A stretch of 64,000 nt of DNA from Bispira polyomma. Taxonomy: Eukaryota. Both the position numbers and the translations under genes were made by a program. Shown piece after piece: positions 13,411-27,975 of this stretch (the first letter of the stretch is position 1; each line of letters starts with the position of its first letter). The notes under the pieces are model-generated. The model was given only the letters and a program-made list of their open reading frames with translations. It was not told the origin of the DNA and did no database searches. The stretch is from contig OZ287751.1 of assembly GCA_965649765.1 (NCBI GenBank), positions 77,190,001 to 77,254,000 on the forward strand. Reading direction: 5' to 3'.

Positions 13411-14727
13411 GACCAAGATACAGAAGGAGAAAGTATAAGATTACTGTGAATCCGGCCATTATGATATGAAGCTGTTGACAGGAACGTAGAATCCAAACTA
13501 ATTTTAAATTTAGCCTGCGACTGGGAATAGATAGGAAGTGTTATTCAATATTGAATGGTGACATGTGTAAACTGGAAAGGCACTCAGTAGAGCATATTTA
13601 TCCACCAAGGCAACAGTCCAAAACGTGGGGGAAAATAAACATTCATGAATCCACCCTTCTACCCAGATCTGCAATAAATCACTGAGAAGTTTTTGTATAA
13701 TCCTGGTCAGAAACAAAGACAGAAAAAGTAAAGCAGATAAGTTACGAGCATAAGTTAAGCACATGCTATACATGCTGATGTAATAATGAATTATCTGCCT
13801 TATTCCTTTACTTGATATTGTTAATGTCAACAATAAATATTATAGCTTTAAATTAAGAACATAGATTTTATTTATGTTCATTTTACTTCAGTTCCTAAGA
13901 TATACACATATGTAAATTAATGTCAACAGTATGGTGAATACCCCATCTAACAGACTTAATTAATTAATAAACAACACTAATTTTTATTAATATGTGTGAG
14001 AACTACAAATCAAATAACCATAAGCTGAGCATAGTTATAAAAGGCATTTCAACCTACATCCATGTTCCAGGGCACCACTAGTAAAAATAAGTATCCACTC
14101 ACAAAAACATCCACAATTTGGTGTTTTTATTCTGAGAATGATACATTGGCCCAAATTTTTTTTTTTTACCTCTGAAAGTGGCTTGCCCTATGACCTTTCT
14201 GTGGACAATTTGTTAAAAATATAGCTTTACTAAATAGCCTACTGCGGGCTACACTCGTAAAATTCCCCAGCTCATCTAACATTAATTAACAGCTCTCCCT
14301 GATCCTAGTGATAAAACAATGATAAATTAATGGACTGTTGTTTTTATGTGAATTTACAGCAAGATATATGGACCACATAGACCATTCCAACAAACAAAGT
14401 GGCCATGCATAGACTATCATCTGCAGCTAGTATTTATAGGTCACATATCTGCTCCAATACAAGAATGGGGCTCTAAATTGCCACCTACTGCTAGGGTATC
14501 AATTGTTTCATATCAGCTAGGCTAATATAGTTAGTTTTATATCAGTTTCAAATTACCTTCCTGGTGTGAGGATGGGAGGCATCTGTACTTAAATCACATT
14601 TTCTCTTTACAATGTACACATTACCCATATCAGTGGTGGTATCACAGGTATTATCCATAATGCTGCAACTGCAACTTATCTGGTTTCAATTACAGCTGTG
14701 GATTTTCCTATTTACACAACTGTACTC

Positions 14728-14993
14728 ATGCCATCACACTGGCCTTACATTTTGATTAAGCACAAAAAATGGTCAACATAAGCTAAACGTAAGAAAAACG
14801 TGAGTAAGATGGTACCTTAGGTTTAGTTATCTCCTGTTTTTAAAAAAATGTCTTAATTTTTGGACTGCTAGAAATTTTTTACGTTTTTAGACGTTTGCTG
14901 GGGATTTTCACAAATGTGTGACAGGTATTCAATGCGTATTTACAATGAAGGACAGGAGTTAGTAAAACAAACTATACCTGCAAGTAATATTAA
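14728..14993. mobile_element. Truncated family B MITE
   Basis: 'tcacactggccttacatttt...ggtaccttag...tcttaattttt ggactgct' is the reverse complement of ~10190-10495. Confidence 0.7.
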
Positions 14994-15379
14994 ACGGGTC
15001 ATTCTTAGTGTTCTCTCTTTGAAAATAGAGTATGTTGGCTCGGTCGCTTCGAAATAACAATAACTGTACTCTATTTTCAAAGAAAAGAATGTTAACATGG
15101 ACCCTAACCTATGCATAATATTTAACTTCATATTATGCTGTAAATCATCAAACCTATAAATTATGTACTAAATGACAGCTGATTCTAAAATAAATATGGG
15201 AAATAAGGTAGCAGGATATCGTACTTATGAGGTTTGACCAAAAGTTGGCCACATGCAGTCCACATGTGGTTATCAAGGAAATTCACCCAACTTATTGCAC
15301 ATATCATAACCACAATATGTATAATCAAACTCCTTTAAGTAGAATTTTGTTAAGGCAATAATTTCTTCTTTTTTCAAGA

Positions 15380-16103
15380 AAAATCTGTACTTTTCGATTG
15401 AGTAGTATGTGCGAACCACTGACCAGGATAGAGCAGCTGCATTGCACAGTGGCCCCCAACTATCCTTCATTGGCCTAACGCAGTTTGGGGTAAATGGTTG
15501 TAATATCTAAACTGTTTTATCTACCCAGAGTACTTCTAATTGAGAGACAATGCCGTTTCTAGCAAAATCTTATTGTCCAGGTAACTGCTGAGTGCCGATC
15601 CGTGCAGCAAAAACACCCCCTATAGGGACGGGTGAAAGCCAGTAAGCGCTCTGTATCCCGTAAACCTGTCTTGGGGATGGGAGAGGCGTGTCGTGCTGTG
15701 TGTGCTTTGTCCATTTGCCTGGTTAGCTCTGCGTTCAAGGTCTTCTTAAGATAGATAACATTTCTGAGGTGCTGTCAGATCCTGAGCTCGCCCAGATGGA
15801 AGTTGGTAGCAGACTGGGGGAGGTACATGCCCCTGATCTTGTGGGGAATTGTGAGGATGTAACCGTGGCGTAAGACGGATCCCCATTTACAAGTTGATAG
15901 TCTGGTAAAGGTGGAATCATAGTGTCTGCTATGGCAGCCGTTTGGGTTTGAGAAGGTGTGGCCTGAGCAAGAGGTGCTTTAACGTATGTATAAAGGATTT
16001 TTAGGAAATAAGTGCCGAGGTCAGTTGACCAAGTAGATAATGCGGTTAATTGGAAATGTAACATGGAAGCAATAATGTCTGATACCTGTTGGTTTTCAGC
16101 CAT
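15380..16103 (-). other. GC-richer island with a 122-aa S/T/P-rich ORF, probably a decayed retroelement ORF1/gag-like remnant
   Basis: ORF 15735-16103 starts at ATG and has elevated GC relative to the flanks. No recognisable domain or splice sites. Confidence 0.25.
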
Positions 16104-17693
16104 TGTGAGTTTTGGTGAACTAATTTTCTGAGGTATTATAGATCATTATGTTGGACTGAACTGTCAGTCCCTTGAATAGGTTCTGCCATGCAATCTGATT
16201 TCCTTAGGATTCATTATTATGACAGGAGTACATTTGTTTTAATGGGAAAATCCCCAGGTGTAATGTAAACCAGAAGAGTTAGAGTTGTAGCATTATGGAT
16301 ATGATAATACCTGTAATAGGATCACTGATATGGGCAATGTGTACATTGTAGAGAGACAGGGTGATTTGAGTACAGAAGCCTCCCCTGAGGTAATTTGAAA
16401 CTAATATAAAATTGACTATATAAGCCCGGCTGATATAAACAATTGATACCCTAGCAGTAGATGGCAATTTAGAGCCCCATTCTTGTGTTGGAGCAGTTAT
16501 GTGACCTATAAATACCAGCTATAAATCACAGTCTGTGGCCACAATGTTTGTTAGAATATTCCCTTGGGTCCATGTATCTTGCTGTAAATTCACATACAAA
16601 CAACAGTCCATTAATTTATCATTGTTTTATCGCTATAATCACGTAGAGCTGTTAATTAATTTTAGATGAGCTGGGGAATTTGACGAGCGTAGCCTGCAGT
16701 AGGCTATATTTAGTAGAGCTGTATTTTTTATAAATAAAAAGGCCAACAAGTCAATCTATCACCCTGACAACAAAAAATTGCGTTTTTTTCAGTAGCCACT
16801 TATTTTTACTGGTGGTCCTCTAGAAGATGGATTTTAGTTTGAAATGCCTTTTATAATTATGCTTAGCTTATGTTAATTTGATTTGTAATTGCTATATATC
16901 AATGAAAATGAGTGATGTTAAGTCTGCTAGATGAGGTATTCACCATACTTTTTACATTAACTTACATATACACGAATATCTTTGTTTTTAAAACCACATT
17001 TTTTCACATAAAATTTGGTAGATGGGGTATGGGCTATGAAGATTTTTTTAATTTGGTGCAGATGTAGGTACAACAAAATCTATGAATGTTTATTTTTCAC
17101 TTCTTTTGCACTGCAATGCAAATGTCACCATTCATTAATGATTAACATTTCCTATCTATCCACAGTCGCAGGCTTAATTTGAATTCAGTTTTGTAATGCC
17201 CGGACAAGGCGCAGTAATGCTGAAAAGGTTTTCACCTTCAATTCATAAATTCTTATTTCGATCAAAGGTTCTTTTACAATGCACCAAAACTAAGGAACAA
17301 TCTGCTGCAAGAAATATGTGCTGCTCCTACCTGGTCACATTTATAAATGAGTAATTCTTTGTACAAGGAGGAGGACAAAACAAATTTAAGACATACTTGT
17401 TTTCCAAGGCTTTCCCTCCCTAGCTACATAGCCATTCTGGCATATCCTGGGATATGACCGCCTTCCGGAAAATACCTTACAAGCCTTGAATATGATTATG
17501 ATATATATTCCTCAGAATCCCCCCCTTAATAGGATTAGGTGATACAGACATTTGATTATATTTGGTTGGATTATGTCGATTGCAACAGCTTCGGTCATAT
17601 CATGACAGCCAGGTTTAATGGTGGAATAAACTAGTACTAAGCCACTGTAAACCACCGACCTATGCAAATACCTGACACACCTCCCCACAGAAG

Positions 17694-18057
17694 TAGACCG
17701 AATAATCTGTCCCGATTTAGTGAGATTCCTTGCTGTTATTTTGCCGACGGACTCACGAAAAGGGACAGAACGGCCTCCATAAGCAAAACGTTGTAAATCA
17801 AAATCGGCATATATAGAGATAGTATCTGATAAAATAGTTCCTTATATATGATATAGTAGCCAATGTTTAGTTATATCATGCCGATATGGTACATAAAAAT
17901 TAATATAAAATAAAAACCAAACCACACTGTCGGCCATGTTACGTCAGGTTAAATTTACAACGTTTAGTTTATGGAGGCCGTTATGTCCCTTTTCGTGAGT
18001 CCGTCGTCAAAATATCAGCAAGGGTTCTCGCAAAATAGGGACAGATTATACGGTCTA
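17694..18057. mobile_element. Mutator-like MITE with ~105-bp TIRs
   Basis: TAGACCG...CGGTCTA long TIRs. 9-bp TSD ccacagaag / ccacataag (1 mismatch). Nested in an older SINE (17570-18130). Confidence 0.85.
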
Positions 18058-19345
18058 CCACATAAGGAGAATCTACATTGGTGATACACTAGTGATTATG
18101 AAGCAGGCACTTCTTACAACTAGGTCACTGCACTGGTCCTCTTCCCAGTCGTGGCTAAAAATATCTTGCTGATGTTTGATAAATGGTCATTGTCCAACTC
18201 TCCATTGGGGGAGTGATAGATACTGGTTGGCTGTATTTGTGCAGTCAAGAAATTTTAAATGAGCGCTTTAAGTTCCACAAAGCAGGTAGATATACTTTGA
18301 AGCAAGAATACAACAGAACATTTCATGCTGTGTCTTATATAATGTCCATTATTACAGCTCACATAAATCAGTCTGTCCATTATTTGAGTCCATTCATGTA
18401 TCACTCTTTTATCACTGATACCACTGGGCAAAATTTCAACTTAAGTTTTGATGATCCCATGGGTTTGATGGGCCTCCGATAGCCCATTTACCACATAGCT
18501 TCAAATAAACTGTCCATGGTGCCACTAGGGACCTTAAAAAGCCAACCATCCACTTCATTACCATGATAATATAAACAGCAACATAAGAAGAGCTTGTTTG
18601 TTTCCTATTGTTTCCATCTTTACACACCTCATTTTGTTCATATTTAAATAGTTAAAATCTACTAAAATCTTATAGCTTCTGCTCCCCTTCCTCCCGAAAA
18701 AAATGCTGAATAGATCAGATATAGACTGTTAATAATATTTAAACTGTGTCATTTGAATGTTAAAATAGCTATTGTTTTATCAAAAAAATACACACTCACA
18801 ACAGGGATTCTACAATAGACACAATGTTTGAGTGGACTAGGTATTCACTGCAGCATTGGTTAAGCTAAGGCAGGAGAAATCAAAGGACGTTGCATCAAAC
18901 TGTACTCACAAAGATTCTTAGTTTTAACTGATTAGTACAAAACATAGGTTGGATAATAATATAATGTGTCTAAAAAATGTTTGGCTGAAACTAGAAACAA
19001 AACAACAATTGTATTGTTACAAAGTTTGTTTATTTAACAAATATTTACTATCTAAAGGGGTAAATTGATTGTAAGTCACTTTATACACAAAAATATCAAG
19101 CAGTGCTATTTATTGTAGGAAATAAGTCTTTGTTTGCTCTGTGATTTCCGAGGTATAGTGTTCAATTTCCTTTGTGGATTACATCCATATACAGTATCTT
19201 AAAAATTGTCAAATACTAGGATTTGAAAATAATGGAACATATTTTCTAAAAATAATGTGAGGTTATGTGTGATATGTAACAGTCGGATCCACTTTCAGGC
19301 CCAAATCTAACAAAATTACCGAGGGTTTGAGAATATTGAGCTTGA

Positions 19346-19905
19346 TGCCGTGGTCACACTGAGCTTACATAGTGTGTGTAAGAAAACGTAAGCATGCAGG
19401 GATAAGATAGTGCCTTAATATCCTGTTTTTTAAAAAAACATCTTAATTTTCAGACTGCTCGAAATTTTACGTTTTTAGCCGTTTGCTGAGAATTTTCCCG
19501 AAACGTTTGCGGCAAACGTATGACACGTATTCAATGTATATTTGACATAAAGGACAGGAGTAAATCAAACTATACCTACAAATAATATTAAGGACGTGGA
19601 GAACGAGAACGAAAAGGGTTTACAAACGGTAAAAACAAGAACAAGACTAAAACGGGTTGAGGAGCGTGGCTAACGTATTTCTAAAAACGAGGCTAACGTG
19701 GCTAATGAGGCTAACGTATTATTAAAACGAGGCTAACGAGTAAAACATAATTGAAACAGCTTTTAAAACATATTAAATGTGTGTACAAACGTGTACAGAT
19801 GCGTACTGAACGTGTACAAAATGGCCCATACATAGATTTTTGCTTTGTTTTCTCCCGTTTACAAAACAATACCGTAACGCGAAAGTACTCAGTGTGACCA
19901 CGGCA
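19346..19905. mobile_element. PIF/Harbinger-type MITE, family B (copy 2)
   Basis: TIRs tgccgtggtcacact / agtgtgaccacggca. Empty site visible in the other palindrome arm at ~12295. Confidence 0.85.
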
Positions 19906-21037
19906 TTAGATGAAAGAAATGAAACATACATCATAGTCTCAGCAATGATTGCTCACTGAGGTCTGAATTTAAAAAATTCGGTCTGGGAAAGGTTTAGCTT
20001 ATTTCCAGAGAGTCAATAAATCATTAACCTCCATTTTGTTCATACATATAAGGGAATGATAATTATTTGTGTGAAGCTGGTTGTCAAATGAGGTCAAATG
20101 ATTCAGTATTACCCATTTTTACTTTTACCAAACTTGAGCAAAAATGTTCACCACCTAAAACCTAAACTGATTTTTATATATTGCGAAAGGGATTTTTTTG
20201 TGATAAAATAGATAAAAAGGACGTGGGAATTATTTATTGCAGACACTTGCCCTCAAGGTAAACCCTGTAAAAGGCAGGAAAATTACTTGATAGTCCGATG
20301 TTTTCCTTAGGCATTTTCTTCCTTGTGTAGAAGGTATTGATGCCATTATTGCAGAATATATGTCAATTTACAAACGTCCTCTTTCCTGGCTAGTTATCCC
20401 TTCAATAGTGAGTCTTAGTCATATATAGCATAGAATTCTAAAAAAAACGGGGCCTTGGTAGGACTATGGAAGTATTACAAGATCATCAATATAGGTTAAA
20501 TATGTTAAGACTTTGCTTTTGTTTTAAGCTGTTTGGTGTTACTTATTAAATAGTTGTTATCAACTAGCTGAAAACCATACATATACTGAAAATAAATCTA
20601 CTTTTGTTCTATTTTAGGAATTCATTTTATAGGTCTGTATATGATCCTATGGGTTAGAGCAGCTAGTGATACAAATATAATTATAAATACAATGCAATCA
20701 ACATCAATAATTTATTGTATGCCCACTAGGTACTAGCTACTTCCCTTACTAAAGTCAAAGTCTTAAAAATGAATATTAATTTATTCAGTGTTGACTGTCT
20801 CTATTATTTGCTTTTTAATTTTTTTAGTCACAAATGATGTTCTCAATACAATTGCTTTTCCAGTTTTGTAGTGTAATATGTATTGTATTGAAAAAAAAAT
20901 ATGTATTGGGATATACTGAGTCTTTAGTATAGTGTTAAACGTACCTTTAGTAATATGCCTACTGATAATAATGAACCATCAAATATTGTTTGGTCTCTCC
21001 AGTTCAATCTATGCTGATGTCACAGTATTATGGCTAA

Positions 21038-21498
21038 TGGGCCGGTCTCACCGGATTTACATTAGGATATGTAAGTCACGCATGGCTTTGAAAAATATTT
21101 GATGCAAAACGTCATGCAAAACTAGAAATTAGAGATTTTTTTTTAAGGCGTCAACAGACGTTGAAATCCATGTATTAGTACGTCAAAAGCTGTAAAGTCT
21201 CGCAGGGGATCTTCACGTCCAAGTACATGTATGAGTACGCCAATACATGTAAAAAGACGTCATAATGACGCACATTTACACATTGTGACGCATATCCATG
21301 TTTCAGTACGTCATACTTGTGCATATCTTGCGTGTCCAAATTTCAAACAGTTTAAAATTATAAATTTCTTATGTCTCAACTCTCACACCAAGTTATGTAT
21401 GCTTATGTGTATTATGTCAGCTCCCGCAAATACCACGCAAAACCTACGCATATTAATTTTCAAACGACTCCTAACATGACGGCTGGTGGGACCAGGAT
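21038..21498. mobile_element. Probable Harbinger-type MITE
   Basis: Degenerate ends ccggtctcacc / ggtgggaccagg around a CpG-enriched interior. Confidence 0.4.
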
Positions 21499-23224
21499 AT
21501 AAGGTCTCAAAAGCATTCACACAAGAACTATACTGGTGATATTTTTTCTATTTATCAGTATTTATTTTCGTTTTAACATCTGACCCTACAGATGTAGTAG
21601 ATATATATGTGTGTGTGTGTGTGTGTGGAGGTGGTCATAAACATGAATCTGGAAATCCCCCTCTGGCCTTTTCTTCCTGTAATTTACCACATTAAGCTGT
21701 CTGCAGAGATTTAACCCTCTGGATTTACTACTGCTGTTAAAATGACTTATTGGCTATTATTTTCCTCAAGCATAGTTATATATACAGCTAGAGATTGTTT
21801 GGAAGGGGCTTTCCAACCGGATATATACAATCCACTGGAAGCCAGGACTTCCGGTTTGTACTAAAAGCTAGATATACATATTGACTGCTTTAATGGAAAT
21901 TCAGATTATCGGGAGGTAAGATGCCGGGGGAAGTGGATTATGTACTCGTTGGGAATGTGTTATTATGGGAACTTGAATTAATGGAATATAGTGTTGTTTT
22001 GGTCGTCTCAGAGGTTTATGCCATTGAATTGAACCCATTAGATTTTCAAGAAGTATTAATTGAAAAAAAGTATGTTGAAATAAAAAGTTGCCGGGGAATA
22101 CATCCAAGAGGTTTCTCGACAATAAAAAGAATGTTAACAGCTGCAGTTTATGAGATACAAAATCATATATTTTACATTAAAACTAATATGCTCTTACAAA
22201 AAGAAAGTGTGCTAAGAAAACATACTGTAAAGGTGTAGAATTTTGCTAGGGGTTTAATTTTAGCTACTATCACTATACTGTTTTTACAATAAGATTTTAT
22301 TAAGAAATGATATATATATATATAAATAAATATACAGCTGATCAGAGATTCAAAGTTATAAAAATAACTTACAGCTTAGAAAAGATAGGTAATTAATATA
22401 CACTAATCACAGTTAAATATTGAATATCATTATAATAATGGTCAAGTAGAAATTAATTTGTGTACTCTGTGTAAGTTTAAAATGACCAACAATGATATCA
22501 ATTGCCATTAGTTCAAATAATAGTTAACAAAATTATAGTGACATTTTAAATGACAGCTAAACTACTTACTTTTACAGTACTTTACTCAGCCTACCTCCTT
22601 AACACGACCCCGCACAGCAGGCCTAATAGGTTTCTAACAAAAAGTGGCCATCACCGAAGTATCAAAGAAGACTTCAATGGCTCCCGGAAGTGCCATTAAT
22701 GCAGACAGAGGCTCTCTGCTTTTGTGTTTTCCTAATGTAGTGTTTATCAGAGAGGAACAAGGTAAAAAAGGCAGTTTATGTGCTGTAAGGGATTGCTCTT
22801 TTATAAACCCCCCACAGTGAAAGGTCAGAGTAACTACTCAAAAGCTCTTAAAAATCTACATTAGTTGACAATTCAATAATGTATAGTTTTCAAGGCAACC
22901 ACTGGCAGGTGATGGATCATTTCAAGCAAGATTTTAGGCTTTCACAGAACAAGTGCTGTCTTTCAACCCATGAAGGCCTTACTTATTATTTCTAAGATGA
23001 CGGATCGCATTTCAAAGATGGTGGCAACCTTTTCAGAATAAAAACAAAAAAACTCAAAACCAAATATGTCTTAACTCGCTCTTTTACTGTAACATACAGT
23101 TGCGACTGGACTCTCACAAACCATTTCATTTTGTCACATTAGAATTTTTTTATTCTTGATTACAATGTGCATCACAGAGGATGCCTAGACATTGATTGCA
23201 GTGTTATATATATTTTTTTAATAT

Positions 23225-23400
23225 TGTAAATGTATATATGTGTAGGCATATAGTGTGATATCTCATCTATTAAGGTCTCAACCGACCTTACAGTTTACAC
23301 CCACAGCCTGGGTTCTTCCACTTTTCAACCAATTGTTCAGTCTCAGCTCCCTTAGACAGTATACTAGCCATGCTGCAACATACTGAGCACAAATACTAAC
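23225..23400 (-). mobile_element. SINE family C, 3' fragment
   Basis: Reverse complement of ~46885-47058. Confidence 0.75.
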
Positions 23401-24923
23401 AACCATTCGTTTAGCCAGGTCAATTGCTTTAAAAGCCTAACAAATAATTTTCAACATAAGCGACTGTGTCTGATAGTCACCTGATAGTATAAATCTGAAT
23501 CCTCTCAGTTTGGATGGGTCAATTGCTTCCAACCAATCTATGAATGCCTTACATATTATTTTTACGATGGTGGCACCCTTTTCAATGGCGGTTTACTTTT
23601 TAGCTTAGGCTACCCACATCAGTAACTTCTCTCTTCTGCAAGTGCTTTTTTTGGTAACAAAACTTTTCTGACTTTTTGGACTATGACTTTTTGGACGATC
23701 ATCGCCTTAGGAGAAAATATAATCAACTTGGCCATTGATAAACCTTTCTATAATAATCATAAAAGCAGAGCCACATGTCAGTCTATGTATGTCTTGTCAA
23801 CTATTATTACAATATGTTCCTGTGCTTACTACTTGTAAACATGTGGTGGAAGAGCAATACAAGACTGTTATTTTAAGGCAGTGGTACATTATTGTTAAAT
23901 TCTTGTGAATTTCCCAAAAATTATGGTATCAGTAGTTTTTTCTTTGTATCATTGTGTGTCCACTTCATTTAGTGACGGGATTGCAAAATTCATGTAGATG
24001 ATTTATATGGCAGTCAGTCACAGTTAAATGTTTAAATCATTATTAAAGTATCAAAATAATGATTACATAACAAGTTTCAAAACTTTGAATACACACATAT
24101 TTGTTTATGTTTAAGGTTTACTCAAAATATTACATATTTTCCTACAACTGGTTAGGATCTGAATGATATATGCCATTCCATTTGCGTATATAATTCAACA
24201 GCAATGCCTGATAATCTCTGTGAGTGGCACATCCCATATGCTTAGACTGACACTGAACTTTGGTTCAGTTACTTTATGCAACCCAAACACCAGGATAATC
24301 ATCTTACAATGTGTCAATTACACAAGACACAGAACAGTCTGGTTTCTGCAACAGTCCTGGAATCTATCATCCTGGTGTAGCCCTACTCCCCCCCCCCCCC
24401 CCCCCCCACACACACAGACATTTCCTTTCCCCTGATTAAGGTGACATTAAATCAGCTTGAGGTCACCTTAGATATTACAATTTGCGGCCTCATTATCAGG
24501 ATAAAAAGGTGATTTATTGTCATTTGGTTGGTTATAAGGAGGTAGAGAATAACAGTTTTTACAGAAGGGTTGTTGATATTGATTGATGGACAGGAAGAAA
24601 AGATTTACCGCAGATACAATATTGCTCTACATGGGTTTGTATTGTAAGGTCAAACAGCATGATATTAAACTCCTGTTTTTTTTTTTTGTTTTTTTGTTTT
24701 GTTTTTTTTTGGGGGGGAGGGGGGGGGGGAGCAATGAACATTTCTCAAAAACATTAATGCAATTAAATAAATGTGGGGAATACCTTATTAAGTGTATTGT
24801 TATATTAGGTGTTAAGTGTCAAAATATAGAGAAGAGTGATTACACAAGATAGTAAACCAGGAGGGTTTCAGACAAAATTAGAAAATTAGAGATTCTTTTG
24901 TTCTTTCTGGAACTAAAAATGAT

Positions 24924-26043
24924 GTTCATCCTCTTTCTGATCCTCCTGAAATTGCTGCCTGTACCGGAATCTCTGTAGATGCTGTTAATAAAATAATTAG
25001 CAACTCGCCTACAAAATCCTGCATGTTGGATCCATGGCCAACATCTCTTATCAAAGAATGTAGTGATATACTACTCCCATCCATTACAAAGCTTGTAAAC
25101 TGCTCACTTATTGAGGGACATGTACCTGATGGTTTTAAAACAGCTGTGGTTACTCCTCTTATTAAGATGGCTTCTCTTCCGGTGGATGACCTAAACAACT
25201 ATCGCCCTGTATCTGGTCTTAGTTTAATATCAAAACTGGTGGAACGTGTGGTTGATAAGCAACTGTTAGATCATATCCTTGTCCATGACTTAGATAACCC
25301 ATACAATTCTGCATATAAAACAGGTCATTCGACTGAGACAGCTCTTCTGTACATAAAAAATGAAGCTCGACCTCTCTGCTGCCTTTGACACCATTGATCA
25401 TTCCACGCTTCTCAGTTGTCTTCAGACTTGGTTTGGAGTTTGGGGCTCTCTTCTTAAATGGTTCACTTCCTACTTAAATGATCGTTATCAGTCTATAAAA
25501 ATTGGTTCTACTTTGTCCGATCTTTGTAAACTCTTGGTTGGTGTTCCCCAAGGTTCTGTTTTGGGTCCTCTGTTGTTTTCGTACACTGTCCCTCTCAGAT
25601 TTATGACTGGCAAATATAAAGGCATTAAGTTTCATTTTTAGTATTTTGCCCCATATCTTTCCTCTTACAGTAGTTTTTATAATACCAGGCGCAGTCAGAG
25701 TGGTAGTAATTTCCTTGTAGTTCCAAAATTCCACCCATCTACTCTAAAGTCAGTTAAACAGTTTGGTCACAGCTTTGCTTTTGATGCTCCCATTGTTTAG
25801 AATGCTCTTCCTGATGTGATTTGTGTGTCCCCCTCACTGGCCTCTTTTAGAAGCAGCTTGAAACCCACTTGTACACCAAAGCATACCCACCTTAGTCCCA
25901 ATCAGTCCCCCAGCGTGCTTTGTGGTGCTCGACACTTTTTGTCCCTGGATATTGAAATTGGATTTTGTGCTGTTGCGCCTTAGAGTCCCCTTCGTTAAGG
26001 GAAGATTAAGTGCTATAAAAGTCAAATTACAGTTACAATTACA
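24924..26043 (+). mobile_element. L2-clade LINE, 5'-truncated and internally deleted
   Basis: RT motifs LDPWPTSLIKEC, NYRPVS, LDLSAAFDTIDH, GVPQGSVLGP. Jumps to the 3' region at ~25640. 3' end 'gcgccttagag...aagtgctataaaagtc' plus a short repeat tail. Confidence 0.92.
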
Positions 26044-27209
26044 CAGCAGAGAGCATATACCTCCACGAAGGTGCTACAGTGTAAACAAAATTAACTAAAT
26101 TCTTGGATTCAATCTTCTGCCTGGATCTTCTTAAAACTTTAATGTGTTCTTTCTTGGCCCATGCCCCACATTTTACCAAATTTTCTGTAAAACTATTCAG
26201 CAGTTTTCATTTTATCCCTGGTGGAATAAAAACCAACAAAAAGGCATGGACGAAAACATAATAGGCTTGCATTAGGTAATGATTAAGCTAAAAATGTTTG
26301 CAAAAACTGGGTGACATGATTTTTAAACCCCAGATAATAGAGATAATTGTACACAGACCTTGATCAAAAGGCCTAAAATTGTCTTTAGACACAGATGGTC
26401 TTTGTTGGCAGGTGCAACGGAGAAAACGTTTTACAGTATTTTAAGTGGGTCTTTGTATTCTGACGTACAGTAGTCATTGAACAGGCCAGGTTTACCATTT
26501 TAAATCTTTTGTATTTTTTTTTCAAAATTATTGCAGTTATTGTTATCTCTGATTGCTTTAGAAGAATGCCCTCAACTTAAACCAACTTTTAAGGTGTTAT
26601 CAACTGTGTGTGATTTTAGAGGTAGATATAAAAGTCATATAATCCATGTATTATATATTTATTAATTTATTATTCCTTGAAAATTACTTTACATAAAAGA
26701 TACACCTCTAATGCAAGTATAAAATAATGTTTTACAAAATTCTTATGCTAATCTCAAACTGTAATAGCAACTTGTAGAATGAGCAACATAAGCCTGTATC
26801 ACAAATGTTGAAGTAAGTTCATCTGTAGTATTGTAATAATGAAATTCTGTTTGTACATTTTAAAAAAGCTTGTGATGTAAAACAATCAAACTGTAACCTT
26901 TTAGGCAAAGTTTTGGATTATTGCCACCACAATTATTTCCTAATTCTAATAACATACACATATATCCAACCTTTGGATCTTGCAGCAGTCTGCTTGTTAT
27001 AACATTAAAAAAACATTATCATGATCAGGTATGTCCACAAAACTGATGACTGTTAACTGATAACCAGACATTTTGTGTAACTTATCATTGTATTGATGTA
27101 TACCATTCAGTTCCTCTGTACACAACCCCTCATCTTATTGTTAGATCGTGGTTATATAACCTCAACTCCACTGTTAGGATGTATCGGTGTAATCCCTTTG
27201 GTTTTGATT

Positions 27210-27975
27210 AATCCCCCTATATCTATATCTATTCCCCCTATGCCTATATTTATTCCCCCTATATCTATTCCCCTTTGTCTATATATAGTCCCCTATATCT
27301 ATTTCTAACCCCCTATGTCTATGTATAGTCCCCCAATGTATATATATATAGTCCCCTACGTATATATATATATTTCCCACCCATGGCTATATATAGTCCC
27401 CTTATAACTATATATAGTGCCTCCCATGTATATGTGGGGGCCGCAGTGGCCTAGTGGTTTGCAAGCATGGCGCTTCACAATCACTGGTCTCTCACCTCTG
27501 GGCGGCGTGAGTTCGAATCCCGTCAATGCCTATGTGGGAAAGGTGGTAGTTCCTTACTGTGGGCCGCTGGTTTCTCTGCAGAACCTTGACCGACTGTATG
27601 CAGTGTTTCCTCCAGCGTTTCCAACTACCCGTCCCAATATAACCTACTAAAAGGTACTAGAGTGGACGTTAAATATCCAAATTCAAATTCATGTATATAT
27701 ATAGTACCCCTATGTCTATATATAGTCCCCCCTCATGTATATATATATAGTCCTCCTATATGTATATATAGTCCCCCTGATGTATACATATGGTCCCCTA
27801 TATATATAGAGAGTCCCCCCTCGTGTATATATATAGTCCCCCTATGTCTATATATAGTCCCCTCTCATGTATATATATGCAGTCCCCCTATGTCTATATA
27901 TAGTCCCCTCTCATGTATATATATGTAGTCCCCCTATGTCTATATATAGTCCCCTCTCATGTATATAAATGGTCC
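27210..27975. repeat. Minisatellite of ~22-25-bp (TA)nGTCCCC units, immediately downstream of and overlapping the gene's stop codon
   Basis: Repeated 'tatatatagtccccct(c)atg'. Interrupted by a SINE. Confidence 0.9.
27436..27689 (+). mobile_element. tRNA-derived SINE, family A (copy 3)
   Basis: Full length with A/B boxes and (AAATTC)n tail. Flanked by catgtatat on both sides. Confidence 0.92.

Larger units (their letters stand above)
12273..14725 (+). repeat. Left arm of an old inverted duplication (patchy)
   Basis: Reverse-complement matches: 12273-12800 vs 18830-19930; 13500-13570 vs 17120-17190; 13880-14725 vs 16225-16985. Confidence 0.85.
16225..19930 (-). repeat. Right arm of the inverted duplication (patchy, with later insertions)
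   Basis: Example: 16421-16485 'tgatataaacaattgataccctagcagtagatggcaatttagagccccattctt' is the near reverse complement of 14461-14515. Confidence 0.85.

Noticed and set aside
22600-22730. 'APGSAINADR' resembling a hAT dimerisation motif; also ORF 21921-22238
   Set aside because: Too short and degenerate to call without a profile search.
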